Source of the DNA: Octopus bimaculoides
Taxonomy: Eukaryota
Reading direction: 5' to 3'
DNA length: 64,000 bases
Assembly (NCBI RefSeq): GCF_001194135.2
Contig: NC_068984.1
Span: 70,715,285 to 70,779,284, forward strand
The position numbers and the translations under genes are program-made. The notes under the pieces were generated by a model. It ran no database searches, was not told the DNA's origin, and was given only the letters and a program-made list of their open reading frames with translations. Of the stretch, positions 1-11,648 are shown piece by piece. Position 1 is the stretch's first letter; every line of letters begins with the position of its first letter.

Positions 1-44
1 TATATATATATATATATGTTACATGTATGTTACATACCCAGGCT

Positions 45-732
45 ATGATTCTTATCTAAGTCGAGCATACGAATTTGTGATCTGTATAGCTGACTATGTG
101 AAATTGTGGACAACCTATATTACACCTATCCACTGTCCTACAGAGTACACTGTCTAAATACGATCTGAACGACGGTTGGTTCATGTCCACATTGGCACAC
201 TCGGGTAGTCTAGTCGGTACCTGTCAGACAGTTGAAACTTCTGAGCAGGTCTATGAGGCATTTGCATCCCATTCTCTTACTATCTCTACCTATATAGTCT
301 AAATGCGTGTCCAAGGAAACGTTCCAATCCCCCACTAAAAGTAAAGGTCGAGACGTTCCCAGGAAAACCTCTAGATGTCAAAAGAAAACCTGTCGAACTG
401 ATAGGGATGGTGCATACAGCACACCCATCCCTGCCATCGACATCCAAGACGACCAGCCAACTCTCCGGGTCTAGGAATATTGCCCTTACTATGAGATCCA
501 AGCTCTTTCAAAAAAGCACTGTAGTACCACCACCGTCCATTCTCGGCAGACACGGAGTAAAATAAATGTTGAATTATCTGTCGAACATGGACTGGAGGGT
601 CTGCAGGTTGGAGAGACTGATTTTGCTAATGGCTGTGAAATCTACATTTTGTGACTTGATGTCGTTTAACAGGTAACATTGTTTTCAAGGCAACCCCAAG
701 CCAAACACACTTATACTAGCTATCCTGAGCAT
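45..732 (-). pseudogene. LINE ORF2 APE-type endonuclease domain, disrupted
   Basis: Hand translation across stops and frameshifts gives MLRIASISVFGLG..LLNDIKSQNVD..GGGTTVLF..DPESWLVVLDV..LYAPS..LLLVGDWN..SYLDSVL..YTDHKFV. These match the APE motifs GDxN, S(R/Y)LD and (S/T)DH. Confidence 0.85.
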
Positions 733-787
733 GAACCTGATGAAAGTTGTGTTTCAGACACAAAGAGAAAACAGAAAATGGGGGGGG

Positions 788-823
<36 letters not shown>

Positions 824-1319
824 CTTACTGTAAGGAAGTTGGGGTGTTTCCTCCTCAGTTTCCGTGAGGAGATTTTTGTATAGTTTTTTGATAAATATTT
901 TTGAAATCTCCCTACTATATTAGGGTAGAGCGATTTCATTAATTTGTGTGTATTGTGTGCTGTGTACTATTTGTATGTGTCGTTGTGGTGTTCTGCATGG
1001 GTGGCTATTTTTTGAAAAATTATTTTCTGTTATGTCGGTGTGCGGCCTGATGTATTGCCGTTAACATTGTGGGGCCACTTGATGTTTGTGTGTTTGTAGT
1101 GTCGTTGTTTGTATTGTTGTCGTGTGGCAGTCTTGCTACCAGGAGTGGTATAACTCCTTGCTTTGTTTGAGGGGATGGTTATTCTTTTCCCCACCTTTTT
1201 CTTCTTCCCACTGTGGCCATTTGCCATTCTTCTGTTTCACCTTCATTAACCGACATGTCGGAGGAATCAGAAAATGGGAGAGGAAGGGTATTGGGGTCGT
1301 TTTGTGTGTGTGTAAATGT

Positions 1320-2300
1320 TAATGTTGTTGCTGTTGTTTGTGCTGGTTGATGGCTGTTGGGATGTGATGTATGGATTGTTGAAGTGAGGGGTTAGTCTTT
1401 TCCTTTTTTCCTGGTTTTGATGCTTCTTCTGTTGTTGTTGTTGTTGTTCTTGTTGGTGGTGATGGTGTTACTTCTGTTCTTGATGGCGCTGATGGTGGTA
1501 TTGGTTGGTTGGGTTGGTCTGTTGGTCGGTGGAGTTGTTTCATCTGTTAGTAGAGCAGTTTTATCTGTTGTGCTGATGGCAGTGTGGGTAACAGTGCTGG
1601 TTTGTTGTTTTTGTTCTTGTGCTAATTTGCAATCTATTTTAAGATGGTTTTTGCTACCACTAAGTTAGCAACGTGGCCTTCTGCCTTCAACGGCCACATG
1701 TAGGGACGTGCCATTTGGAAGTTTTATTAAATCTGGGAGATTTTCAGTTGTCTCTTGATTTGCCTGGATTAAGAGCTCTAACCTCTGTCCAACCCAGTTT
1801 TGCTGTTCCAGGACACCAATTTCTAATATATTCATTTCTTCTTCAAAATCATAACCGATAGCCGACACCAACAGTCTTATTTCTATCTCAGGAGCACATC
1901 TTTAATTCTTCTCTTCATCACCCGACGACCGGGGTAAGTGGGAATCAGTTCCTCACATTCAAGAGATCTTTTTGAGAATTCTCTTGTGTGCTCTTCTGTG
2001 TTGAATCTTACCTCGATCGTAGAAAATCTTTTGCCCCTTGCAATATATTTTTTGCAAGCTCCTATGGGCCGTAGACACTTTTCAACTGTTTGTTGAGTAG
2101 CCTGTTCCAGTCTTTTAGCTTTTATGTTCAAGGTTTTATAATTTTTTTTTTCTTAATGTCCTGCAAAATATTTTGAGGAGTGTTTAGTTTTATTGTTCTG
2201 TCTTTTTTGTTTAATAACTGTTTGCACTGTAGTAGTTCCTCTGTTGAGAAGGACACGAGATGTCTCTTTTGCAAACTAGAATCAAATTTACTGTTTATTC
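1320..2300 (-). pseudogene. LINE ORF1 (Gag-like) remnant with a degenerate CCHC zinc knuckle
   Basis: ORF-track pieces 1883-2131 and 1665-1871 are collinear. They continue past a stop as C*LSGSKNHLKIDC (1629-1670), which is CX2[C>S]X4HX4C, followed by a T/P/Q-rich tail. Confidence 0.7.
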
Positions 2301-2814
2301 ATGTTGGTGGTGGCAACGTTCATTGTGTCTTACATGTGTATTGATTTTGTCTGTTTTCCCTTCCCACTTGTTCAGAAGGAACACTTGCTTCAACATGTGT
2401 ATTGTCATTGTTTTCCAATTGAGTGTATGTGTGAAAGTGAATTGATATTTTTGTTTTTACATGCTGTTGTTGGCAACAAAGGAAATTCCTCGTTGAAAAT
2501 GGGTACTGAAACGATGTTTGTCTCAGAATGGATAGCCAATGTTTTTCACAAACAGGATTTTTTTGTCAGGATGCAATTTTAAAATCCGAAAATTCACCCT
2601 TATAGGGGGATTTATTCAGCGAAAAATTCGCTCAGGTGAAAGCAGATGCTGTTAAGCACCTCTTTCACAAAAATTATTTGCAATTGCGCATAAACGAACA
2701 GATAAATTTTAAAGACTTATGGGAGACGACACGGCAACAGCCAGTTGATAGACAGATAGATCAATCGATAGATGGATGGATGGATGGATGAATGGGTGGA
2801 TGGATGGATGAGCC

Positions 2815-2930
2815 ATGTACAGTTTCCATTACTTTCAACGCATTGCTTTCCACAGGGTTATAGTAAAAGACACTTGCAAAAGGTACTGCACAATGGAACT
2901 GTACTTCAAATCAAATGGATGCAAATGCAA
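2815..2930 (-). mobile_element. Decayed tRNA-derived SINE fragment
   Basis: Contains ..ggttatagtaaaagacacttgcaaaagg.., similar to the ctatagtattagacacttgcccaag segment at about 57260-57290. Confidence 0.45.
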
Positions 2931-3339
2931 CTAGAGGTTTAATTTGGATGACTAAAATGAAACACATTTTGTTGTTAGAAATTGGAGTAGATTTCTGATC
3001 TGTAAGTTATGAAAATATGTACTATTTTGCACTGTTGTAACTTATTTAGTATAACATGAGTGCAGTACCTTACTATCATTATAAGTAATATGGCGATCAT
3101 CCCTATAATCATGTAAGTAATGGCTGGTGAGCGAGTATTGCTGTGCAGTAAGTAGCAGTGAGATAGAGTACAAGAGTAAACATGCAGTGTAATATCTAGT
3201 TACATCGCTTAAGAGCCTAGTTTCATTTCAAATCCTACAGAGGGGTATCAATTCATATCCATCTTTTAATATCAACAAAATGTGTACTTAATCATCACTA
3301 AGGTTAATGCAATCATCTATAATACTCCACCACACTGCA

Positions 3340-4020
3340 TCATCATCATCATCAATGTTTAACATTCAATTTCCATACTGGCATGGGCTGGATGGTTTGG
3401 TAGGAGCTGGCCAGCTAGAGACCTGTCCAGACTCCAGCTGTCTGTTGTGGCATGGGTTCTAAAGCTGGGTGCCCTTCCTGAAGCCAATTACTTTATAAAG
3501 TTTGCTAGGTGCCACCAGCATGGATGCATTTATGCAGTACTGGCTCAAGTGTATTTTATATGGCACAGACACTTGTAAAGAACAAGCCTGTATGTATGGA
3601 TGGCAGTGATTTTACTTGACTCAATGCGTTTTCTCAAGTACAGCAAATTTCCACAACTCCCAGTTGCTTGTCATTTTGTCAGGGAGGCACAGTGTTTGAA
3701 AATCCTTTCTCACCACTTTGTCCCACATTTTCCTGAGTCTATCCCTTCCACAGGTTCCTTCCACAGTAGTTCAATTCTTTATGCAACTATCCTCATCCAT
3801 ATGCATCACATGACCAGACCAGTGCAGTCTTCTCTCTTGTACACAACATTTGATGCCTCCTATACCCAGTTTTTCTTTTAAATCATTTGCATTCTCTCTT
3901 GTGTGCACACTGACATTATCCATCCAGCAGAACATGATAGCTTAATTTCTTTCAAGCCTTCACAAATCCTCTGTTGTCAAGGCCCATGTTTCACTGCCAT
4001 GTAGCACCAACACCAACACC
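3340..4020 (-). mobile_element. RTE-clade LINE 3' fragment (ORF C-terminus, 3' UTR, (GAT)n tail)
   Basis: Minus translation gives LHGSETWALTTEDL*RLERN..KKLGIGGIKCCVQERRLHWSGHVMHMDEDSCIK..WKFAVLEKT. It is homologous to 51749-52200. Confidence 0.85.
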
Positions 4021-4024
4021 ACAT

Positions 4025-4320
4025 GTACAAGTACCATCACAATCATCATCCTCCTCCTCCTCATCATCATCATCAACAACAACATCATCATTATTACCCT
4101 CCTTCTCCTCCTCATCACTCCCACCTCCACCACCACCATCATCATCATGATTGTGGAGTGGCAGAAAAAGAGATTGCTGAAAGAAATGTGCTTGGCTTGT
4201 GTGTGTGTATGTGTGCGTGTGTGTGTATGCATGTGTATGTGTGTGCGCACACGCGTATGTGTTTGTGTGTATGTGCATGCGTATAGTCTTCTCTCTTTCT
4301 CTCCCCTTCTCTCTCCCTTC
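4025..4320. repeat. Compound microsatellite (CAT/CCT/CAA/CAC)n, then (TG)n and (CT)n
   Basis: Visible directly in the sequence. It explains several low-complexity ORFs. Confidence 0.95.
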
Positions 4321-5180
4321 TTTGGGGAAAATATAAAACACCTAAAAGTATGTCACTAGACAAATGTGGCTGGAGACATCATTCCTATCTTATCTGTCAA
4401 ACCCTCATCATATGTGAATTCAGAAGCATTCAAAACCATTACCGATGATTTTAATGTTATTGATGATGACATCAATATTACATTTTATTGCTACTGTAAT
4501 CAAGACACATAAATCAATCATTCTTCCTCCCCTTTTCTTTCTTCCCCTACTCTCTCTCTCTCTCTCTTTCTTTCAACTTTATATAGTTTGTGGCAGAATG
4601 AAAAGTTAAAAGAGTAACTAGAACTAAATACAGATAATGTCAAGTAAGATGGGCAAACTACATTATATATATCCAGAGACATAAGATTTGATATGATGTC
4701 AGCCTAAATAGCTGAAGGGTCGATGGTTTGCAACACCATACGGCCACTCAGCTATGTCCTTGGACAAAACTTCTGACATTCATTTGTGTAGTTCACTTAT
4801 TATACACACATACAAACATATATTCGTGCAAATATACATACATACACGTTAACACATATACTCACACCACATATACATACATATGTGTATATGTATATCA
4901 TATGTATACTTATATGCAATATATGTAACATTTCGGTGTATAATGTATACATCATAAGTAAGGTGGTGCACAGACAGAATTGTTAGTGCTTTGGACAAAA
5001 TGCTTAGCAGTATATAATGTTCTGAGTTCAAATGCTGTACAAAATATCAGCCTATATTATTTATATCTTTATAATTGGCATTGGTTTAGCTTAAAAAATT
5101 GTGTAAGAACATTTACATATATCAGACACTGTGCCATAAAGATTATACTGATCTCTCATACAAATATATATATATATATA

Positions 5181-5214
<34 letters not shown>

Positions 5215-5310
5215 NNNNNNNNNNNNNNNNNNNNNNNNNNNNNNNNNNNNNNNNNNNNNNNNNNNNNNNNNNNNNNNNNNNNNNNNNNNNNNNNNNNNNN
5301 NNNNNNNNNN

Positions 5311-5610
5311 GCTTGTTTTCACCTTTTCGTTATCAGTGAAGAATTTCACTGGAAAAATATACATAAGGTTGCCAAGAATTTATACCTCTCATCGAAGGTC
5401 GGTAGCTATCGGACGCTGACGAAGGGAAATAACCCTGAAACCCGGGTCCGTTCGTGCTACGATCAAGATGAGAGGGATAACTTCCCTTGGCAAAACAAAT
5501 AGGAGGACACAGTAGTGTGTCAATAAGCCAGCTGGAGGAGATGTCCTCCTGGGGCTAAAGCAACAGTAACATCCACCCCTAGGGGTCAGCCACACTTAAG
5601 TGGCAATACA
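5311..5610 (+). mobile_element. Small, highly structured hammerhead-bearing repeat (retrozyme-like or Penelope pLTR-derived)
   Basis: A GC-richer island between (TA)n tracts with an HHR core and several hairpins. It is homologous to the minus strand of 63039-63391: identical agggaaataaccct stem II and shared agccagctggag..ctcctggggctaaa. Confidence 0.75.
5402..5460 (+). ncRNA. Type I hammerhead ribozyme, complete core
   Basis: Stem I is gtagc-(tat)-cggacg / cgttcg-(t)-gctac. CUGACGA lies at 5416-5422, stem II is aggg-aaataa-ccct, GAAA lies at 5437-5440, and stem III is the palindrome ACCCGGGU. A GUC cleavage triplet ends at 5448. Confidence 0.85.
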
Positions 5611-5618
5611 CTTCACTT

Positions 5619-5649
<31 letters not shown>

Positions 5650-5789
5650 TTAGATGGATGGTTGGTTGGATGGATAGATAGATACAGATATTGCTATTTA
5701 TAGCTCTATAAATGTATACATATATATGTTTATACAAACAAAGGTTTTCATCATCTGTTGATATCTCTTGTCTTGAGCTCAGTCACCAA

Positions 5790-6170
5790 ATTTCCTCTCA
5801 TAGCAACTCCATCCTATGATGCAACAGAGGCAGATCCACACAACCACTAATATTTGTTGTAAGAAGACTCTTTGAATATGATTAGAAACAGTCACCAATG
5901 TATTGGTGGATTTCTCAAAGGCTTGTGATTGTTTTGAGAGAAGGGCCATGTTACACTTTTGGAACTATCATATCCCAAATAAGAGCTTCATGCATGTAAA
6001 CCCATAAAGTTTTATGTAAAGCATAGATGGTCCAATAATGTATTTCCAAAAAGAGCTGGTGTATTTTAGCAGTATACCCTAGCTTCCTTTCTCCTTCTGA
6101 TTCCGGTGGGCAACATCCTTATGCAATATTCTGAAACCTCTAATAAAAAAGCTTCATCAACATAGGAGCA
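5790..6170 (+). mobile_element. Decayed LINE reverse-transcriptase fragment (RTE-like)
   Basis: Frame-broken translation RGRSTQPLIFVVRRLFE..VLVDFSKACDCFERRAMLH..AGVF*QYTLASFL resembles the RT motifs DFxKAFD and GVLQGDTLAPFLF. Confidence 0.65.
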
Positions 6171-6258
6171 ATGAAACCACCACTTGTGCAAACCTTGTCA
6201 CTGTTTTTTTACAATCATTGTACCCATATTAAGAAAGAAGGAAAACATCATACATGCA

Positions 6259-6306
<48 letters not shown>

Positions 6307-6495
6307 TAGACACACATGCACATGCATTCACATACACACACATATGGCAATCTTTTCTAGTCTTTCTGTAATTTCACTCACAAATATTAGTCAACCTGTA
6401 GCTATAATGCTGTACCCATGGCGGTGAACTCGAACTGCATGATTCTCCAGTGAAATTCATTCTTAATGACACAGCCAAGCTTGTATAAGTATGCA

Positions 6496-6539
<44 letters not shown>

Positions 6540-7754
6540 TGCATGTGTGTGGTAATTATTTATATTACTGCTTCAAAAACTGATGCAAAAAAATGCTATC
6601 ACATTTCTTTTGTTGCAAAATGCAAAATATTGATGTTCCTGTACTCCATCTGAAACTGGAATCTGCATTTATCCATTTATTGATCTTAATAAGTGCCTAT
6701 GTGTGATGGTTCATTATCAACATATGATCACCATTAAACTCAATATGGCTTAGACAGCTACCTGCAGATATTTATATCTAAACAGATAGGCATGAATTTC
6801 TTCAATGCTAGTATCCATATTGTTTATTTAAATTCAAAATACACCTACCTATTTTTTTCTGTTTGATCTGGCAGCTCATTAATCAAATAGTTATCTGTTT
6901 AATCTATGCTAACAATTATCCCTATTTGGTCTTACTTCACTGAAGCATGACTAGCTAAAATGCAAAGAGAATTGGAATATAACCAAGAAATCCAATTGAA
7001 TGTCTATTCAAGGCTGACATAACATTGGCTTCTATTTTGAGATGTCATAGAAAGTAATCAGTTTTCTGCCTCTTGGGTAAAGATCTTCATTAAAAATAAT
7101 ATTGTTTGCTCAAATTTTATGAACTGAAGTCAATTTTAGTCTGACATTTAGGCTGATTGAACTAATTAGCTATCTGAAAGCATTTGTTCAGAGCAAGTGT
7201 AAACAATTTCTTAAGTATTTGCAATATATCTCATTGACATTTGGCATAATTAAAGTGAAGCTGTAACTGTAGCAACTGTGCCACTTAATGCTTCATCTTA
7301 ATCTTTTTATGAAGGTTTTTATGAGGTTTGAAGAAGAATTGCTGTGAAACAAATCAGGACTGATCCTTCTTACATTAAGTAGGTCTAATTATTACTTAAT
7401 TATTTCCATTATATAATATTATATGACTTCTTGAGGGACAGATGTAAATGGATGCATCAAACCATTATAATGATAAGGTTTCTTTACACAGTAATCTGGT
7501 TGTGGCTAACTAAACATCAAATATATTATTACAGATTTTCTACATTGTTAAAATGCCAATTTTGTCAATTTATTCAAACCAGTGTATGACTGCTTCTTAT
7601 TTTATTGATCCCATGATAAAAAACAAAAGTCAGCCAAGGCAGAATTAGAACACAGACTATCGAAGGGTGAAAATAAATGTTGCAAACAATATACTGCTGT
7701 GTTGTTTGATTTCTGCCAACACATAATTCTTGAATGAATCATAAAGAAATCAAG

Positions 7755-7977
7755 GTGGCCTTTGCCGCGTGACTGGCCTTCGTGCCGGTGGCACGTAAAA
7801 GCACCCACTACACTCTCAGAGTGGTTGGCATTAGGAAGGGCATCCAGCTGTAGAAACTCTGCCAAATCAGATTGGAGCCTGGTGTAGCCACCTGGTCCAC
7901 CAGTCCTCAGTCAAATCGTCCAACCCATGCTAGCATGGAAAGCGGACCTTAAACGATGATGATGATGATGATGATAG

Positions 7978-8018
<41 letters not shown>
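7755..8018 (+). mobile_element. RTE 3'-UTR-derived repeat with (GAT)n tail
   Basis: gtggttggcattaggaagggcatccagctgtagaaac..caacccatgctagcatggaaagcgga..ttaaacgatgatgat. Same family as the copies at 25900, 40125, 46800 and 50048. Confidence 0.85.
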
Positions 8019-8020
<2 letters not shown>

Positions 8021-9034
8021 TTCCTCAAGTAAGCTCATTGAATTAGGAGAAGCAGTAGGAAATCAGATAAGAGGCATGGAATAATGAAATTTATTATGTT
8101 AATTTTTCAAATCCTACCAACTTCAAATTTGCTGTTTGTCCCTCTGAGAGGGAGGGATAAAATACATTCCATAATTTACACTATGGTAAGTGCAATCAAT
8201 AAAGCCATCTTGTTTTACAGTTTGCTTTATGGCAGAGAATTAGGAAAATGTTTGACACATTTTGAGTTTAAATCTCATCAAGCTTGACTCTGCTTTTCAT
8301 CTATAAACAATTGATAGAATAAGGACAATAATCAATTGACAGAGTATTGTAATTGATTGCTTCTCTCCTCCAAAATGCATAGCTTTGCATCCCTGTTTTA
8401 TAGATTCTCTCTGATCGAAACTGAATGAGTTGAATTAAAAATGTATTTGACATTTACAGAAGTGAGCAATAATTTGTATCATATAACTAGTGGCAAAATA
8501 CATTGTTCATCAGGACACTTAGCTTTCAACAGGCTAATCTACCAAGATGTAAACATATAACACAAGACTGAGTAGTATGTCACTCTAAACAGTGTCTGAA
8601 CTACAAACATTTAGAGCATATTGAAATGACCTGTTTTGCAGTGATGCATTGAAATTGCACCTCTGTTGATACCAGAAGTTCAATAATGCCAATAAACCAA
8701 TGACTGATTATTCTGATAGTGAAAAGTATAAAAAAAGAAACTGATTTGATCATCAGACAAGGATAATGGGGAAATTAAATAGGAAAAAAGAGAAAATTCT
8801 GCATATATGTGTATGTGAGAAAAAGAGAGACACACAGAGAAAAATAATAATAAATAATATTCAACTCATTCTATTACTGGTATTCATCAATCACAAAGAA
8901 GATAGATAAAAGCTAAGTCTGATAAAATTTGTGTTTAGAAATATGTAGCAACAAATGAAAAGAAACTCACTTGAAACTTTGGTTTCTCTATTAAGTCTAT
9001 AATACTTTGATTAGTGCTCATCATAATGATTTCA

Positions 9035-9200
9035 AATTTTGGCACAGGACAGGCAATTTCAGAAAAGGAGATATGTTTATTGCATGAAACCCATTGCTCA
9101 ACTGATATTTATTTTATTGATCTGAAAAAAATGAAAAGTGAAGTCAACCTTGGCAGAATTTGAACTTTGATCATAAAGACAGACAAAATGTCACTAAACA
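9035..9200 (-). mobile_element. SINE copy (family with gttctgagttcaaattcc..actttgcctttcatcc core)
   Basis: The reverse complement of the family core is present: gtcaaccttggcagaatttgaact. Confidence 0.7.
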
Positions 9201-9631
9201 AAGACTAATTAACAACAATTCCAAAATAATATGTTTCATATCCTACATAAAAATGTGATGTAGTGGCATTTATAGCATAGTACCTAAAAATGGCTCCCAT
9301 TAATCGCTTTTAGCTACATAGATCCTGAGTTTATATCCTGTCAGGGTTAACTTAGGCCTTCATCAAATAAATACCAGTCTTGAGCTAGCATAATTTCAAT
9401 ACACATTAACTTCACCTCCACTGATTTGTGACCTCCTTGCGATTTATGAAATCATTCCTGTAATTACTCAAATTTCATTAAAAGATAATAATGCCTGGCA
9501 GTAGCTAAACACAAACAGTAAAATTATATCATGCTCGAACTACTAATTTCTCCTTAAATCTGCAACTGAACTTTAATTTATCAAGTGCCAGTCAAATGAA
9601 TGACAAGTTTTCTCTTTCTTTGCTCCTCCAG

Positions 9632-9671
9632 ATATGATTACTTTCTACCACAAGATGGATTTTCTTAGCAG
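9632..9671 (+). CDS. Candidate 40-nt internal coding exon of an unidentified gene (DMITFYHKMDFLS)
   Basis: Acceptor ttttctctttctttgctcctccag and donor CAG|gtaaat. Only one of three frames is open, and it lies in non-repetitive-looking sequence. No homology recognised. Confidence 0.4.
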
Positions 9672-9834
9672 GTAAATGAAATGAGATATGTTAACATGGT
9701 CTCAGACACAATAAAAAAAAAATTTTCTCAAAGAGATATGAAACCATATTAAATTATGATATTTATTTAGTTTAATAAGAATATATTATGAAACCATATG
9801 TTATTATCTGCATTACTTATTTGTCTCTGTGAAG

Positions 9835-10150
9835 GTTTGTCACCAAGTAGTGAGTATGCTGAGCTCATGATCATAATGTTGGAGCTTCAATTCCTGGATG
9901 AGCAGAGCATTGTGTTATTGAAAAAGATACATTATTTCAAATTCCTCCAATCTATTAACTGAGTACCAGGCTAATGCTTGTGCAGTCATTTCTCCAGTTG
10001 TCACATCCTTGATGTTTTGCTTGGAAAATCAAGGTGTCTACATTGAGTCACAGCTATATATACAGGCACCTAAAACAATTAGTGAAATCATGGTGCATGC
10101 TATCAAGTCATACTGGCTTGTGAGTGACAGCAATGGCTATTAATTTGCCT
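9835..10150 (+). mobile_element. Decayed tRNA-headed SINE
   Basis: Degenerate A/B-box head (agtagtgagtatg..gcttcaattcctgg) followed by a SINE-like body. Confidence 0.4.
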
Positions 10151-10574
10151 CTATAGTTAATAGTAAGCTTTCTACAGGATAACAAGAAATAAAAATCTAA
10201 CAAACCAAGAGTTGAAAAAAACGGAAAGGTGCATCTGGGAAAAAAATGATGAGATGGTGATCCTTAGAACCTCATTGACTATATATTTACTTTCTATTTT
10301 ATCAAGGCTGACCTGGAACTAAAAGTAGTAGCAAACAAATATGTTTTAACCTACAAAGAACATCTACATATTTGCACAAGCTGCTAGAAATAGTGGTCAA
10401 ATTTCTTTTAAATTAAATGATATAGTCTTCACAAAATGGAATTTTAGACAAAGATCATAATATGCAAAGAGATGGGATGAGCACAGCGTGAATGTCTTCC
10501 ACCATAAGTCTTCTTAAAGAGGGCTAACCTGGGGTTAACCAACTGCCATTACAAAAAATAATAACGATCTCAGA

Positions 10575-11044
10575 TTTTGGCACAAGGTTAGCAATTTCAG
10601 GAAAGGGGATATGTCAATTATATTGACAACAGTGTTCAACTGGTACTTATTTCATCAACCCTGAAAGAATGAAAAGTGAAGTCCACCCTGGTGGAATTTG
10701 AACTCAGAACATAAAGTCGGATGAAATGTCACTAAACATTTTGCCTAGCATGCTAACGATTCTGCCAGCTCACAGCCTTACTGCAAATAATGATGATAAT
10801 AAAAACAAAAATAATAATAATCCTTTCTACTATAGGCGCAAGGGCTCAAATTTGAGGGAGAGAGATAGTTGGTTACATCGACACCAGAGCTAAACTGGTA
10901 CTTAGTTTATTGACCCTGAATGGGTGAAAGGTAAAGTTGACCTTGGCGGAATTTGAATTCAAAATATGAAACTGAACGAAATACCGCTAGGCATTTCACC
11001 TGGGATGCTAACGATTCTGCCAGCTCACCACCTTACTATCAAGC

Positions 11045-11045
<1 letters not shown>
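10575..11045 (-). mobile_element. Two tandem SINE copies separated by an (AAT)-rich spacer
   Basis: The core aaagtgaagtccaccctggtggaatttgaactcagaac..gattctgccagctc is repeated at about 10670-10770 and 10925-11030. Confidence 0.85.
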
Positions 11046-11082
<37 letters not shown>

Positions 11083-11084
<2 letters not shown>

Positions 11085-11470
11085 CAGGGCAAAAAATTGG
11101 TATGACCACAAACCCGAAGGCATAATCAAAAACGATAATGCAAAGATCCTGTGGGATTTTACGATTCAGTGTGACCATGAGATAGAGAACAGGAAGCCAG
11201 ACATAGTCTTAATGGAAAAAGAAAGCAAACTATGTTGGATCATAGACATAGCGTGCCCAGCTGACAACTAGGTATGCGATAAGGAAGAAAGAAAGGTCAA
11301 TAGATATGAGAGGTTAGCTTGGAAGATTAAGAGGTTGTGGTTGATGAAAAAGGTGGTAGTAGTACCAATAATTGTCAGAGCCCTGGGAATAGTGAATGAA
11401 AGTCTTGAGAAGTACATGGAACAAATAGGGGCTGCAATAAGGGTGGAGCACTTGCAGAAAACAGCTGACA
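11083..11470 (+). mobile_element. R4/Dong-like LINE 3' fragment, restriction-like endonuclease (RLE) domain
   Basis: WYDHKPE..KILWDFTIQCDHEIENRKPDIVL..IIDIACPADN*..KVNRYERLAWKIKRLW..VPIIVRALG shows the PD..D..K RLE signature, with one in-frame stop. Confidence 0.9.
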
Positions 11471-11509
11471 CCATAGCACATCTCCAGCATTAGAAATTGT
11501 GCAAAGGCA

Positions 11510-11517
11510 ATAACAAC

Positions 11518-11549
<32 letters not shown>

Positions 11550-11565
11550 TAACAATAACAACAAC

Positions 11566-11646
<81 letters not shown>

Positions 11647-11648
11647 TT
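11510..11648. repeat. (AAC)n(AAT)n microsatellite
   Basis: Visible directly. Confidence 0.95.

Larger units (their letters stand above)
45..2668 (-). mobile_element. 5' half of a decayed L1/Tx1-like non-LTR retrotransposon (5' UTR, ORF1, ORF2 endonuclease domain)
   Basis: The minus strand carries a Gag-like ORF1 remnant with a zinc knuckle, then an ORF2 start with APE endonuclease motifs. It breaks off at a (TA)n tract near position 45. The clade assignment is inferred from the two-ORF CCHC + APE layout. Confidence 0.8.

Noticed and set aside
725-750. CTGATGA at 727-743 and other isolated CTGANGA heptamers (about 29715 minus, 45755)
   Set aside because: No correctly placed stem II, GAAA and NUH.
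3991-4363. ORFs rich in H, C/V, L, I, N, Y or E here and at 15671-16816, 17311-18538, 21747-22186, 30421-30861 and similar
   Set aside because: They are translations of di- and tri-nucleotide microsatellites, not genes.
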